This document shows, piece after piece, positions 23,564 through 36,133 of a stretch of DNA of 64,000 bases (its first letter is position 1; each line of letters opens with the position of its first letter). Source of the stretch: Moniliella sp. 'wahieum' (lineage: Eukaryota); NCBI GenBank assembly GCA_003971905.1, contig RSEE01000012.1, positions 1 through 64,000 of the forward strand. The letters are read 5' to 3'. Position numbers and translations under genes: made by a program. Below the pieces are notes generated by a model, which made no database searches, was not told the origin of the DNA, and saw only the letters and a list, made by a program, of their open reading frames with translations.

Positions 23564-23764
23564 GTCATATTGATGATCGATGATGCCAACGACGGATGCG
23601 CTGTGGATGAGGGCAGGATGCGCATATCGATGGCCACACTCGCAGGCTTCAGGCCCAGCGGCCGCAGCCTGGGGGTGGGTAGTATCGATGTTCTCCATCT
23701 CCCTATGGTAGCCATACCATTCACAGAGCGCAAGGTCTCTATGCCGTCATAGGTTCCCAGAGCT

Positions 23765-23802
23765 TAGGCTGGGACAGAGACGCTAGGCTGGGACAGAGAC
23801 GC
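23765..23802. repeat. 19-bp perfect tandem duplication
   Basis: taggctgggacagagacgc x2, followed by a partial third copy. Confidence 0.85.
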
Positions 23803-24087
23803 GCTGCGACAGAACAAAATCGGGTGAGACACAATGTTACATCAGGTTGGCCCATGGCACGTTCCGAACCCCCGGCTCGCCCGAGCGGAATTGAATATTG
23901 AGGCGGAACCAAGGCGGGCGCTTCGCTTGCCTGCCCTCCCCTGGGGTTGCGTAAGCGGTGACGCGGAGCGCCAGGCAGGGTGGAGTCGAATCCGCTTCGG
24001 TGCACGGCCACTGTCCCGAGGCGTGCGCGTCGCCCTTCTTCCCCCCCAACCACCACCCCCACCCCACATCACACTACCACCACCACC

Positions 24088-24922
24088 ATGTTTCTCACCC
24101 GCAGCGAGTACGACCGCGGTGTCACACCTTCAGTCCCGAGGGCCGTCTGTTCCAGGTGGAATATGCCATGGAAGCCATCAAGCTTGGTTCGGCCACGATC
24201 GGGATCGCCGTCGAGGGCGGAGTGGTGCTGGCAGTAGAACGACGGGTGCAATCGGCGTTGCTGGAAGCGTCGTCGATTGAGAAGATTGCCGAGCTGGATG
24301 CGCACATGGGTGCGGCCATGTCGGGGCTGGTGGCCGATGCGCGGACGATGATTGACCATGCGGGGTGACGGCGCAGAACCATACGTTTACCTACGACGAG
24401 CGGATCAAGGTGTCGTCCGCGACGCAAGCCGTGTGCGATTTGGCGCTGCGGTTTGGCGAGTCGACGTACGATGACGAGGCGGGTCATGTCCCGTCCGTTT
24501 GTGCGTGGCATTGTTGATTGGTGGGATTGACCAGGACGGACCACAACTCTACCATGCCGACCCGTCCGGCACGTTTGTCCGGTTTGATGCCAAGGCGATT
24601 GGATCGGGTCCGAGGGCGCCCAGACCGAGTTGGAAGACAAGTACAAGAAGGTACGCCCTCTCTCTTTGCCTTTCGTTTCCCCCCCCCCGTTTCTATTCGG
24701 CTGGGTTGCTGACAGACGACCGACACGCAGGACTTGACGTTGGAGGAGGCAGAGCTGTTGGCGCTCAAAGTTCTGCGCCAAGTGATGGAGGAGAAGTTGA
24801 GTGCGGACAATGTCCAGTTGGCGACTGTGACACCCTGCAAGGCGCCCGATGGCCGTGCCTCGGGCCAGTTCAAGATCCTGGACCAAGCGCAACTTGCGAC
24901 GCTAGTGGAGCGGATTGAGTAA
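24088..24922 (+). CDS. PUP2: 20S proteasome subunit alpha5
   Basis: [12 protein letters not shown](N)[80 protein letters not shown]; intron ~24651-24730. Confidence 0.97.
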
Positions 24923-25198
24923 TCCATCTTTCCCCCCCGAATCTACCTGCATGGCCTCCCCAGCTGGCGCCGCTGCCACTGCTTGTCCCACCTGAGGCGT
25001 CTGTCTCTGTAGGCATGGAATCAACGACACGCACAAGCAACGCAAACGACAGAAAGCTCATGTGGGGGCGGAGTAAGTGCCCATGGTGGAAAAGATCTAG
25101 TATACTGGGGGATAGCGAGCTACAGCTACGATGGCAGTTGGTGTGGGAAAAGAGCGCGGGGGGGGGGGGGCAGGGCTGGATAAGCCGCAACAACAACA

Positions 25199-27479
25199 TT
25201 AATCAACCCTTTTGATCGGGTGCAGCAGGGCTGGTGCGCGGCAGGAGGCGTGCGTGGCGCGCCAAGCGTGGTAGATCCTAGCATGGAGCGCATTGAAGTA
25301 ATGGCTGCTTTGGAACTGAATCTTCTCGCCTCCTCGGAATAGAAGGTCTTCTTGTTGATTCGGCTCTCGAGGACGCTGGCACCCACTCATGTTTCATGTA
25401 GATGGGGTGAGGCACTGCAACGCCCTTAAAGGGCAGATCGAGCTCGTGGGTAAATCCGGCCTGGGGGTAAAAGGAAGTATTGCTCATGGCAACTGGGAAT
25501 GGAGAACCAACGTGGGGGGTAGGCTTCGCAGTGAAGTGATTTTCTTGGCTTCGGCATTGACCACGTTCATCGCTTTCAGCAGCTCGCGCGACAAGCGCAC
25601 ATTCGTCCCGATCGACGCACGACGCGGCGTCCGTTCTCCCAAAGGATAATTCGCCACGTCGTATTCCCAAAACCAGCCCGAGCCACGGGGATCAAAGAGG
25701 GGCGCCAAGGAGATCAAGTCGGCCTCCTTGCCCACGCCTGGGACCCACTGGGGGTGAGCTTCCTCGGCGGCCCATTCGCCGCCACCGGGGGGCAGTGGTC
25801 CGGCATGGGGGCCTGTTGGGCATGGGGCGAGGACAGAGCCGGTCCCATTTGGCTTCAGAGACGGACGAGTTGCGGACGTACCATGTGTCGTACTTGTGCA
25901 TGCCCACATCCAGCGGTTCGTTCGACTGTACTCTTCGATGCCCTGGAAAAGGTGGTAGTTATCGAGCGAACGAACGTCCATCTCCAGTTCCACACGAAAC
26001 TGTACTCAGGATGGCCCAGGTACAGTTTCTGCAGCGGCATAAAGCAAGCGCGGTACGAGTCCTGGGCCGCCATGTGGTGCAAGAACTTGCCTGGCAAGCC
26101 CGGATACACGGCCTTCATTTCCGCCACGCTCCAAACTCGACGAGCCCCCAAAATTCAATGGGGATCTCGCGGCGGAGCATCTCCAGTCGGTCCACTCCGA
26201 CGTAAAGATGGCAGCACTCTGGTCCTTGGCCTCGACGAGGATACGCACATCTTTCCGCACACACACCGTGCTGCTCTCGCTTGGTGGGGGCCCATGCGGG
26301 TGGGCGACCACAGGTTTGGCACAGCCCAGACCTGCCTCGACAATGAGCGCCCGCATGTTCAAGATATCGTCTTGGCGCCAGACAAAGCCCTGGTACGAGC
26401 GAAGGATGATCGCATCGCGCTCGTCCGGTCGACGGGTGGTCGTGGGCCCGTCATCGGGCGTCGAGGCTGGCGAAGCAGCGCGTGGTACGCACGCACGGTC
26501 GAGTCGTAGCATGCGTCGAGCACGTTGCGCCAGTTGGGGTACGAGGTGGGGCCGAGGAGTTCGGCGCGACGGTTTTGGCGGTAGAGGCGTTGACGCAACA
26601 GCGCTTCCCAGCGGAGGTTGCCCGGGTCCTTGGCGGAGTCCTTGCCCATCTGTGCGGGCCGGTGGAGGCCATAGAGCGGGCTGTAGTGGTACATGGCTTC
26701 CTCCAGTGCATCGGCTTGGTCCCACTCTGCGGCCTCTTGTGCAAGGCAGCCGCGTGCGCAGGCGGCACACGCGGATGATGAGGAACGTAGTGTTGCCGCG
26801 CTGGACCAGCGGGAGGCGGAGGGTAGAGGGCGCCGACGTGGGCGTCACGTAGGGCGAATAGCGGTCGTGGTAGTGGTGCATTGCTTCGCCGTTTTGGCCG
26901 ACCAGGCTGTGTTGGCCAATGGCCGGGGGGGTGGGAGGCCGGGAGGGGTGGTGTAGTGGGCGCGTAGGGGAGCGGGACGCCGAGGGCCGGGGCAGGAGGC
27001 GCCCAGGGCGCGTCGGGCGGGGCGGGCGGACGGAGCCGGGGTGGGGAAGAGGGACGAGGGGCAGGGCGGCGGTGGGGTCGACGCGCGGGTAGGTGAGGGC
27101 GCGGTAGGCGGTGAAGACCTCGCCCTTGTGGGTCTTGATGCCGAGCACGATGCAGAGGGTGATGAGCGCGGCGGCCACCAGAGCGCAGGAAGGCGGCGGC
27201 GAGCACGCGGATGGCCATGGGATGCGGTGGGGGCGGGAGAGGTTGTCGAGGCCGGCGGCGACGGCGGGGCGGAGTGGAGGAGGGGGGCGAGGGGCCAGCC
27301 GGAGGGCAGATGGGGGCCGAGCCAGGCCCAGTCATCGTGGGGGATTGGCGGGGCGGCGGCGGGGGTGCTGGAGGGGATGCTGGCGGGGGGGCTGGGGGCG
27401 GTGCGGGCGGGCGGCGGCGGGTGGCGGGGCGGCGGCGGCGCGAGGCGAGAACGGTGTTGGAGTCGGACGAGACGCGCAT
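25199..27479 (-). CDS. DUF3405-family fungal type II membrane protein
   Basis: N-terminal TM helix; AIILRSYQGF..DDILNMRALIVEAGL, FMPLQ..HPEYSFVWNWEMDVR, GVGKEADLISLAPLFDP, PRRASIGTNVRLSRELL, KGVAVPHPIY, PALLHPIK. Start codon approximate. Confidence 0.8.
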
Positions 27480-27796
27480 TGCGCCGCTCTTGCTGCAGCC
27501 GGTGGTGGGGGCGGCGCGGCGGGCGGCGGTGGCTGTGCGGTGCGGCGCGCATGCAGCGAGGGGCCGCTGCTGCACGGAGGCATGCAGCGAGCCCGGCAGC
27601 GAGCCACGCCCGCATTCGGCCGCCGCGCCCGACGCACCGCGCCAGTGTCCCCGCCGCCGCCCCCCCCGCATTCCGTGCTGCCGCTTCGCCCCCCCCCGCG
27701 CCGCCCGTCACGTGGTGCCCCGAGAGCCCCTCGCCGCTGCGGCCCCACCGCGCTGCCGGCCTCCCGCCGCCGCGCCGACGATGCGACTGCGAATGC

Positions 27797-30700
27797 ATGC
27801 GGATGCGCACGCGCACGATCGCCCAGCGTGCTTGCCCCCGTTGCTCGCTGCCACGCGTGCTGCTCCTCGCCGCCGCCGCCGTCGGCGCCGCGCTGCGCGC
27901 GCGCCCCTCGTCAAGCACACCTGGTTCGAGCACCTGCCCTGCGCGTCGATTACTTTCCCGACAGCCGCCGTGCTCTGGCACAGCAAGGCCGACGGCCGCG
28001 TCTACCACACCGACGAGGCGCCACCTGGTCCGTCGTCGACGCCATCCCGCCCGCCGGCGCACACCTCCTCCTCCTCCATCCCTACGACAATGGCACGGCC
28101 TATGTCCTGAGCGACAAGACCGAGCACTGGCGCACCTCTGACTACGGCGCCACCTGGACCCAATGGACCTCGCCCGTCGCGCCCACCTCGGCGCCATTCC
28201 GCTCGTCTTCAATGCCGACTATGCTCGCTGGGACGACATTATCTTTCTTGGTCGCACCTGCAAGCCTGGGTGGCTCGCCGACCGCTGCACAATCGAGGTA
28301 TGTCATGGGGCTCTTGCTGCCCGGCGTCTTTCGCTTTCGCTTTGGGTTTCGTTTTGGTTTTGGTTTTCGCGTTTGTTTTTGTTTTTGCTTTGGCTGTCGC
28401 TGACCCCTGCTGTCCTTCGGTCTCTGTGCCCAGGCCTTCCTCACCACCGATGGCTTTGCCTCGGACCTGCACCCGCTCATTGCGCCCGTCTCCACCTGCA
28501 CCTGGGCCAAGGCCACCCCCCAGCTCGCCGTGCCCGCCACCCATCTGGACCGCATCCTCTGCATTACTGCCCCCTCCTCTCGCCCCTGCTGGGCGAGCCA
28601 GTGATGCGTCTGTATGCGTCGGACGACCACTTCCGCACCTCCCACCTCAATCAACTTGGACTTGGGCCGGGATGCGCGCGACTTTATCGGCCTGGGCGCC
28701 CAAGGTTCCTTCCTGGTCGCTGCGCTCAAAGCCCAGTCCAAGGGATCCGCCCACACGCGCCGCCCGACCCTGTTGTATGTCAGCTCGGATGGGCTTAGCT
28801 GGACCCGAGCCGCTTCCCGCACTCGGCCGAGCTTGTCGAGTCGGGGTACACCATCCTCGCCTCCTCGGACAAGAGCTTGGTGGTGGATGTGATCCAAACG
28901 CTGCCCTCGGAGCAGAAGATGGGCACGCTCTACACCTCCTCCAGCGACGGCATTTCCTTTGTCCAGTCGCTCAACCACACATACCAGAACAAGGATGGGA
29001 TTGTGGACTACGAACATCTGTCCAACATCCAAGGCGTGATGATGGTCAATGTTTTGACCGACCCGGGCGGATCAAACCGCCGAGCGTCCCGATCAGCTGG
29101 GACGAAGGCTCGACCTGGTCCCCCATCCGGCTCGACCAAGGTCCCAATCGAGCCATGTCAAGTGCGATGTGACCAAGCCCGAGCTGTGTTCCCTCCACCT
29201 CCACTCGGCACCAAACTGCACAATCTCGGTCGCGTTTCTCCTCCCTCGCTCCGGGCTTTGTAATGGGCGTGGGCAATGCCGGGAGCAGTCTGGACGAGTA
29301 CAAGCAATCATCCACCTGGCTCTCGACCGACGCTGGTCGCACTTGGTCGCCATGTCCACTTCGGCGCACAAGTACGAATTTGGCGACCAGGGTTCGCTGC
29401 TGGTGCTTGTGCCAGACGAAAGCGAGACGGACCACCTGCTGTATAGTTGGAACTTTGGCAAGAACTGGAACAAACTCGCCTTGGGTCTCACGGCGGACAT
29501 CAAGTTCCTCACCACCATCCCGGACAACACGGCGCAAAAGTTCCTCTTGATGGGCGTGGTGAACAAGAAGAATGCGTCCCAGGGCAAGAAGGTGGTGAGC
29601 ATCTTTGTTGATTTCGCCACGGTGGGAAAACGTACTGCCGAGACACCGACCTGGAAAAATGGTTTGTCCAACCGCCGGGGGAGAACGGCTGTCTGCTCGG
29701 ACGCAAGCAATGGTACCTTCGCCGCAAACCGATGCCGACTGCATTGTCGGCCACAAATTCCACGACCCAGTAGGCCACGAAGAGACTGTGCATGCCAAGC
29801 GCACGACTTTGAGTGTGACTTTGGCTTTGTCCGCTCGGCGGACGGGACGTGTGTGGCTGAGCCAGGCGCACCGCTTACCCCCCGGTGCGTGCCAACGCGG
29901 TTCGACCAAGGACTACGCGATGGTCTCTAGTGGCTACCGCCGTGTACCGGGCACAGCGTGCGAGGGCGGGGAACGACTGGACGAGCCGCGTCGGGTGCTG
30001 TGCAAGGACATGCCGCCTCCGCCGCCGCCGCAAGTGCTGGTCGGTCGGACGGAGCTGCCGGCCTCGGTGGCCGATTCGATGTGGCTGCCCGACTCGTCGA
30101 ACGTGCTGTTGCTGCTGAAGGACATGTCGGTGCACCGGTCGTCGGACGAAGGAGGACGTGGGCGCGGATGGAAGATAATGAGGGGGGGAAGAGTATCAAC
30201 TTTTTGCGCATGATCGCCAACCCGTATGCACGCGAACGCGTCTACCTCGTCACGGCGCAGGATGCGGTGCACTATACCACGGACCGGGCCAGACATGGCA
30301 GTGGTTCCGCGCGCCCTTGGAGCCCAACACGATCGGCGTGCCGATTCTCGACTTTCATCCTACCCATCCCGACTGGCTCATCTGGACCGGGATGAAGGAC
30401 TGTAGTTCGCTCTCGGGCGCGTGCCATGCGGAAGCTCACCTGTCCACCGACCATGGGCGGACATGGAAGCTGCTCGATACGTATGTGCGTACCTGCACGT
30501 TCTTGCGTGACGTCAACTTGCCCGTGGGGGACCGCACGATCGTATGGTGAGGTGCAAGCGGTCCAATCTGGTCGTCAGACCACGCCCACAGTGGGCAACA
30601 TGCTCAACATTGTGTTGGGCCAAGACCTGTACAAGAAACGCAAGCAACTCTTTACGGATGCGTTGGCGTTTGCTACGTTTGATCGGTACATGGTCGTAGC

Positions 30701-32401
30701 TCAGTTTGTGCGGGAAACGATGGGCTTGCATCTCATGGTCTCTCTCAATGGCGAGACCTGGGCCCAAACCCTCTTCCCGCCCGGGATGAAACTCGATCAC
30801 AGTGCCTACACCGCTCTCGACTCAACCACCGGCGCGATCTTTTTGCATGTCACGACCGAAGCCACGCCCGGCCGCGAGATGGGCAGCCTGGTCAAGTCCA
30901 ATTGGAACGGCACCTACTTTACCCTCTCGCTGGACAATGTCAATCGCAACACGGTGGGCTACGTTGACTTTGAAAAGATGGTGGACCTGAATGGGATTGC
31001 GCTGGTCACACGGTGCTCAATCCGTCGGAAACGTTGATTGGGGGCATGAAAGCGCTCGCGACGTTGATCACGCACAACGATGGTGCCACCTGGGTCCGCT
31101 CGCCAGCCCGCCCGGGATAGTGACCATCAACCCTACCCGTGCCAAGACGCCGAGTGCAGTCTGCATCTGCACGGCTACACGGAGCGCGACGAGCCGGGCA
31201 CGCTCTACTCGTCCCCGTCGGCCAAGGGTCAGATGGTCGGGTGGGCAATGTGGGCGGCGCTTGTTGCCGTACGCAGAGAGCGATACGTTTTACACGCGCG
31301 ACGCGGGCTTTACCTGGACCGAGGTGCGCAAGGGCGCGCATCGATGGGAGTTTGGTGACCACGGCTCGATCATTGTGCTGGTCAACGAGGAGCCGACGGA
31401 CCGTGTGGTGTACACGTTGGATGAGGGCTTGCACTGGCACGAGCACGTGTTTGGCGCCGCTCAAATCCAGCACATCCTCACGGGGCCCTACGATCGCGCC
31501 AACGGTTCATCTTGCTCGGCACGCAGCCCTACAGCTCGGCGCACACGACCGCGGTCCACCTGGACTTTTCGCCGCTGCAGCCGCGCCAGTGCAGTTCCTG
31601 CCGGGCGTCGACAGTGACTTTGAGCAGTGGTCGCCGTCGGAGCAGCGGGAAGAACGGTGTTGTTTGGGCAGGTGCGGTACTACTGGCGACGGAAGCGGCA
31701 GGCCGCGTGCTGGGTGGGCGAGCAGGCGCTGGAGGACCCAAAGCACGAGCGAATGACCAACCAGTGCACCTGCACCGCCGACGACTTTGAATGCGAGTAC
31801 AACCACGTGCGCAACGCGCAGGGCGAGTGTGTGCTGGTCGAGGGCACACTGGCGCTCGTGTCGGACCCGGTGGGCCAGTGCGCAGCGAGCAAAGACGGCA
31901 TGTGGTACGAGCGCACGGCGTACCGCAAGGTGCCCATGAGCCAGTGCGAGGGCGGGCAGCGCCTGGACCGCGGCCCGGCGCACTCGTGCGGCGGCGCGTC
32001 GTGGGCAGGCCACGGCATGTTCTGGTGGCTGTCGGTGCTGGCGCTGCCGGTGCTGTGTGGCGGGGTGCTGGCGTACTGGTGGACGCAGGGCGGGCGGCGC
32101 GCATCCGGCTGCCGGACGGGCCCAGCGCGTGGCGGGAGCGCAGCGAGGTGGACCGGCGCGACGGACAGCGGGACAGACACTGGCGTCGGTGCCGTACTGG
32201 GTGGCGGGCGCGGTGGGGGAGGCGGGTATGTGGCGGAGGGCGTGGCGGGGAGTGCGGTGGCGTATGCGGCGGCGTGGCTGGAGCGCGTGCCGGCGCTGGG
32301 CACGCGCATCCGCCGTGGGCGCGGCAGCTACGGCGGCTACCGCCACCTGTCGACCGACGACGATGCGGAGATTCTGGGTCGAGTACGACGACGACGAGTA
32401 G
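27797..32401 (+). CDS. VPS10: Vacuolar protein sorting receptor Vps10 (sortilin-like, two Vps10 domains)
   Basis: Signal peptide, repeated Asp-box S/T-x-D-x-G-x-T-W motifs, [22 protein letters not shown]-x-C-x3-DFEC motifs, [14 protein letters not shown] helix and acidic tail [18 protein letters not shown]; intron ~28298-28433. Confidence 0.95.
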
Positions 32402-33290
32402 GCTAGGGTTGGGTTGGCGTCTGCCGCTCGCATGCTATGGATGGGCAGCTGCCTGGCCTATTTCCCTTGTTGGTGTGGCGGTGCGACTACAACGCAGTTG
32501 CTCGTGAAAGGAAAGCAAGCAGCGGATGCGAGATGGGGCGATTGTGGGTGTGGCGGTGTGGCGCCATGAGAGAGGAGACAATGCGAGCAGCCGAGAGGTA
32601 GGTATAGGTTAGCATGACGCATGCAGATTGATGCGGCCCAGACACACACAGGTGGCCTGCGTGGGGCGCCGACATGTGCCATGCCGCCCAGCACGTGATG
32701 TGCTGGTGCGGTGTGGGGGCTGTGTGGCTTGTTGCTGAATGCTGCCGGGGGAGGGGTGATGCATGATGGTGAATTGCTAGCTGCCTCCTGTCGCCCCCTT
32801 GCGTGTGGCATGCGGCGCGGGGGCAGCGCAGGGCAGGTGGGCTGCGGCTGGGTGCGACAGGCGGGCGGCGTGAAAGCGGGCGGGGCGGCGGGCGGGGGGG
32901 GTGGGTGCGCGAGGCGGTCTCGGGCCAGGCGGACGGAGGCGGCTTTCAGACGGCCCAGCCAGGCTCAGATCTCAGACGAGCATGGGTGCAACGGGACGAG
33001 GGACTAGGACGGGTGGCCAGTGGCTGTGGCGGGCAGCGTGGCGCGGGCGGGCTGGGCATGGGCTGGCAAGCGTCTGAATATGGGATCTGGCATGGACAGT
33101 GGATGCGAGTGAATCCCAAGTCGCGCAGCATCCGGCGTGCCTCGTGCCTGGCCATTCTCACGTTCATCCCTCATCGATCCATGCGTCCGAGGCATTTCTC
33201 GCACCACCTCATCCCTCCAGCCCATCCCGCCTTCGCTTAGCCCACCCAGCCTCTCCAGCGCTCACACACCACCACCACCACCACCACCAC

Positions 33291-34999
33291 ATGTCTTCTG
33301 CTTCCGCCGACCCCCGCCCAGCCGCCCGAGCCGCGCGCCGGCCCCGACAACGCCGCGCCCGACCTGCGCTGCTCGACCCGCGCTTGCCCGACCGCCTGCG
33401 CACCCTCTCCCTCGCCGAGTCGCGCGAGGTACAGCTGGCCATCTCGGCGCTGGCCGACATGCGCTCCGACGCGGGCTCCAGTCAGACGGTAGCCGAGCCA
33501 CCGGCGCCTACTGCGCCCCACCTGCCATCCAGTCCCCCCACCTTGCTCCCGGACGGGAACCAGGGCGCGTCTACTCGCTTCCAGCCTCTTTCCGACGCTG
33601 CCCCCCTCTCTGTTGACGGTGAGACCGAGGAGGGAGAGGAGGCGATGGAGGGCGAGGAGGACGAGGATGGGGTGGGGGCGCACCCCATTGTTCGTAGTAC
33701 CCTCGATGCGATTGAACAAGCCAAGCAAAAGTCCGCCTGGTCAAAGTAGTGTGCCTGCCTGCCTGCCTGGTAGGATTGCTTTTCTTTTCTGGGTCTTGCC
33801 CGCGCTGCGTGTTGACAAGGACTGATACGGTGCAGTACGGAGCGGATCTGGTGGGTTCGATTGGTCGGCCAGTCATGTCGAAAGTGGGTGACTACCTGGG
33901 CGAGTCGAACGTGCAACATCTCGATGGCTTTGCACGAAGACAGTTGGACAGGATCTTGCCTTCGAGCGAGGAGGAGGCGGTCGTATTGGACGATGAGGTG
34001 GCCGAGGCGCGCTTGGACACCCTCTGCCTCGCCACGAGAGGGACGCTCTCACGCTTCGATTCATGCCCATCTCGCTCTTCTTCCCGAATCGCAAAGGGCG
34101 AGGAACGACGGGCAATGCTCAAATATGCCCTGCACCGCGCGCATGGGACCCAAACCCGCTGGTGTGCCTGTTCCTACGCCTCTATCTACCTTCGCCATTC
34201 CCCCTCCCATCCCCACTCGCATCCGCATTCACATTCCACCTCACACGCACTCGCATCGCGCGCGGCCGTACCCGACCGGTCCCTGGCCCGCGAAATCGGG
34301 GGAGGCCAACGCCCAGTGCGGGGTGAGCGGGGCGAGCGGGGCGAGGTGCTGGGGGGCCTGCAGGGTGCCATGGCGCGCTCGCCCGAATCGATCAAGTCAC
34401 TAAAATTGTTTGCAGTGGCTGCAATACGCGACGGCGCACATGGAGCACCACATTACCTCGTTGCGGGACATGATGGTCCAACGGGGGCAGGGATACACCG
34501 ACGTGGTGCCGCCGGACGACCTGACCCAAATCCGGGCGATGTGGTGGGCACGATGCGCGGGGTAGTGGAGGTGGTAAGCAAGTATGCGGGTCGAGCTTTA
34601 CCGGCTCCCGCGCGCAGTGCCGTGCGCGGATTCATCTTGGCTCTCCCGGCGCGCTGGGCGACGCATGCGCAGGAAGACCGGCGCCGGCCCAGGCCGCGCG
34701 CGTGTTCACCTTGGCGGTGGAAAGCTTGGATGTGCTGCGGAGCGTGACGGTGGGTGTTTGGGGAATCGCTGGACCGCGTGGACGGGTGGATGGAACAGGC
34801 GCGCATGATGAGCGTACAGCGTAAACGTGTTGGCACAGGACGATGTATCCCGTTCCTTGTCCGGCCCCGGGCCTGGGCCCGGCGCCACCACCACCCCCAG
34901 CCCAGCACGCAGCGAAGTTTCTGCCGCTTCGTCCAAACGACGACGCGTGCGACCTGCCGACCGCGCTGGCGCCGGTGCCATCGCCTCGTCCCAACCTAG
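33291..34999 (+). CDS. OPI1: Opi1-family transcriptional regulator
   Basis: EVQLAISALADMR, YGADLV..IGRPV..LDGFARRQLDRI, ESIKSLK.CLQWLQYATAH, DVVGTMRGVVEVVSKYAGRALP..AR..VRGFILALPARW, LAVESLD; intron ~33748-33836. Stop approximate. Confidence 0.85.
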
Positions 35000-35050
35000 T
35001 AGTGCTCCAGCGCCTCTGCTTGTCCTCCCCCCACCTGTTGATTGTGGGTC

Positions 35051-35092
35051 GAGCGAAGCACGAGATCGGTAGAGCGAAGCACGAGATCGGTA
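35051..35092. repeat. 21-bp perfect tandem duplication
   Basis: gagcgaagcacgagatcggta x2, just downstream of OPI1. Confidence 0.85.
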
Positions 35093-36133
35093 GACCGGCG
35101 CACTTGTCTTTTATTGTTTACATTTACATTACATACCATGGTGGTCCTCCCCCTGCTTGCATGCATCTTTGTACCTCGTCTGCCTGTGCGGATTTGCACG
35201 CCGCCTTGGCCACGGCGGCACTGAGCATCGTTCCTAGCCCATGGCAAGTCTATCTTTCCTAATGTCGCTGCGCACCGCAGCCAGAAGAGATCGATGCCAC
35301 AACCTGGGCGTGCGCGTCGGGCCGTATGTGACTGCTGTCCTAATTGAAACGAGAGTTGTCTTTGCCCAGTTGGTACAACACGAAAGTAAGGGAAAGGAGG
35401 AAGAGAGGCAAGGAAACGTAATAATTGCCTAGTTGTATGCACAGAGGCTGAAGAACCACTGAGTTCCAAAGCAGAGCAAATAGAACGAACCAACCACTCT
35501 ACTTTGCTTGACGTTGTGCCTTTTGTCTTTTGCCCATATAGCAGGACGGCAAGAACGAGTGCCTGGGCACGCAGAGACGTCGCGCGACCACCAGTGGGTC
35601 TCTCGTTCATCGTCCACTCTCTCGGCTCTGAATGGGTTTTAGCCTGCTTGATGAGACTGGAGTCCAGATGGTCCTCGAGGGTGATGCAATCGCACTAGTG
35701 GTGGTGGTAATGGTCTAAGCCAACCAGCAACGCCTACTGAGGAACACCAAGCAGCGAGTCGCCACCAGGGCTAAGCTGCGGAACAAGGAAAAACAGGGAG
35801 AGAAAAAACAACGGAACTCCTAGGCCTGAGGAGGAACTGAAGGGACATTGGCCAAAGCACGAGCCACCTGGCTCAACACTGCTTTTGTATATTTCTCACT
35901 ACCGCCAATATCTCACCCCCCCTCCCCGCCAGGGTTCGCCCGCCCATGCGGGAGGGCACGATGACAACACAGACTTTCAGTATGACATTGATAAGGAACA
36001 GCTGGGATGAACCAACTTCGCGAACGGGGGGAAGGACATATGGAATCTGGAAACCGAAGGAATGGGGGAGGCCAGTGTAAGTTTTAGTATAAAAAAGGTC
36101 AGGGAAGAAAGGGTTTTTGGTTTGTTTGGTTCG

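Noticed and set aside
34996..35610. 204-aa minus-strand ORF between OPI1 and the SMP/C2 gene
   Set aside because: No recognisable motif, overlaps the OPI1 3' region, and has no intron or start-context support.
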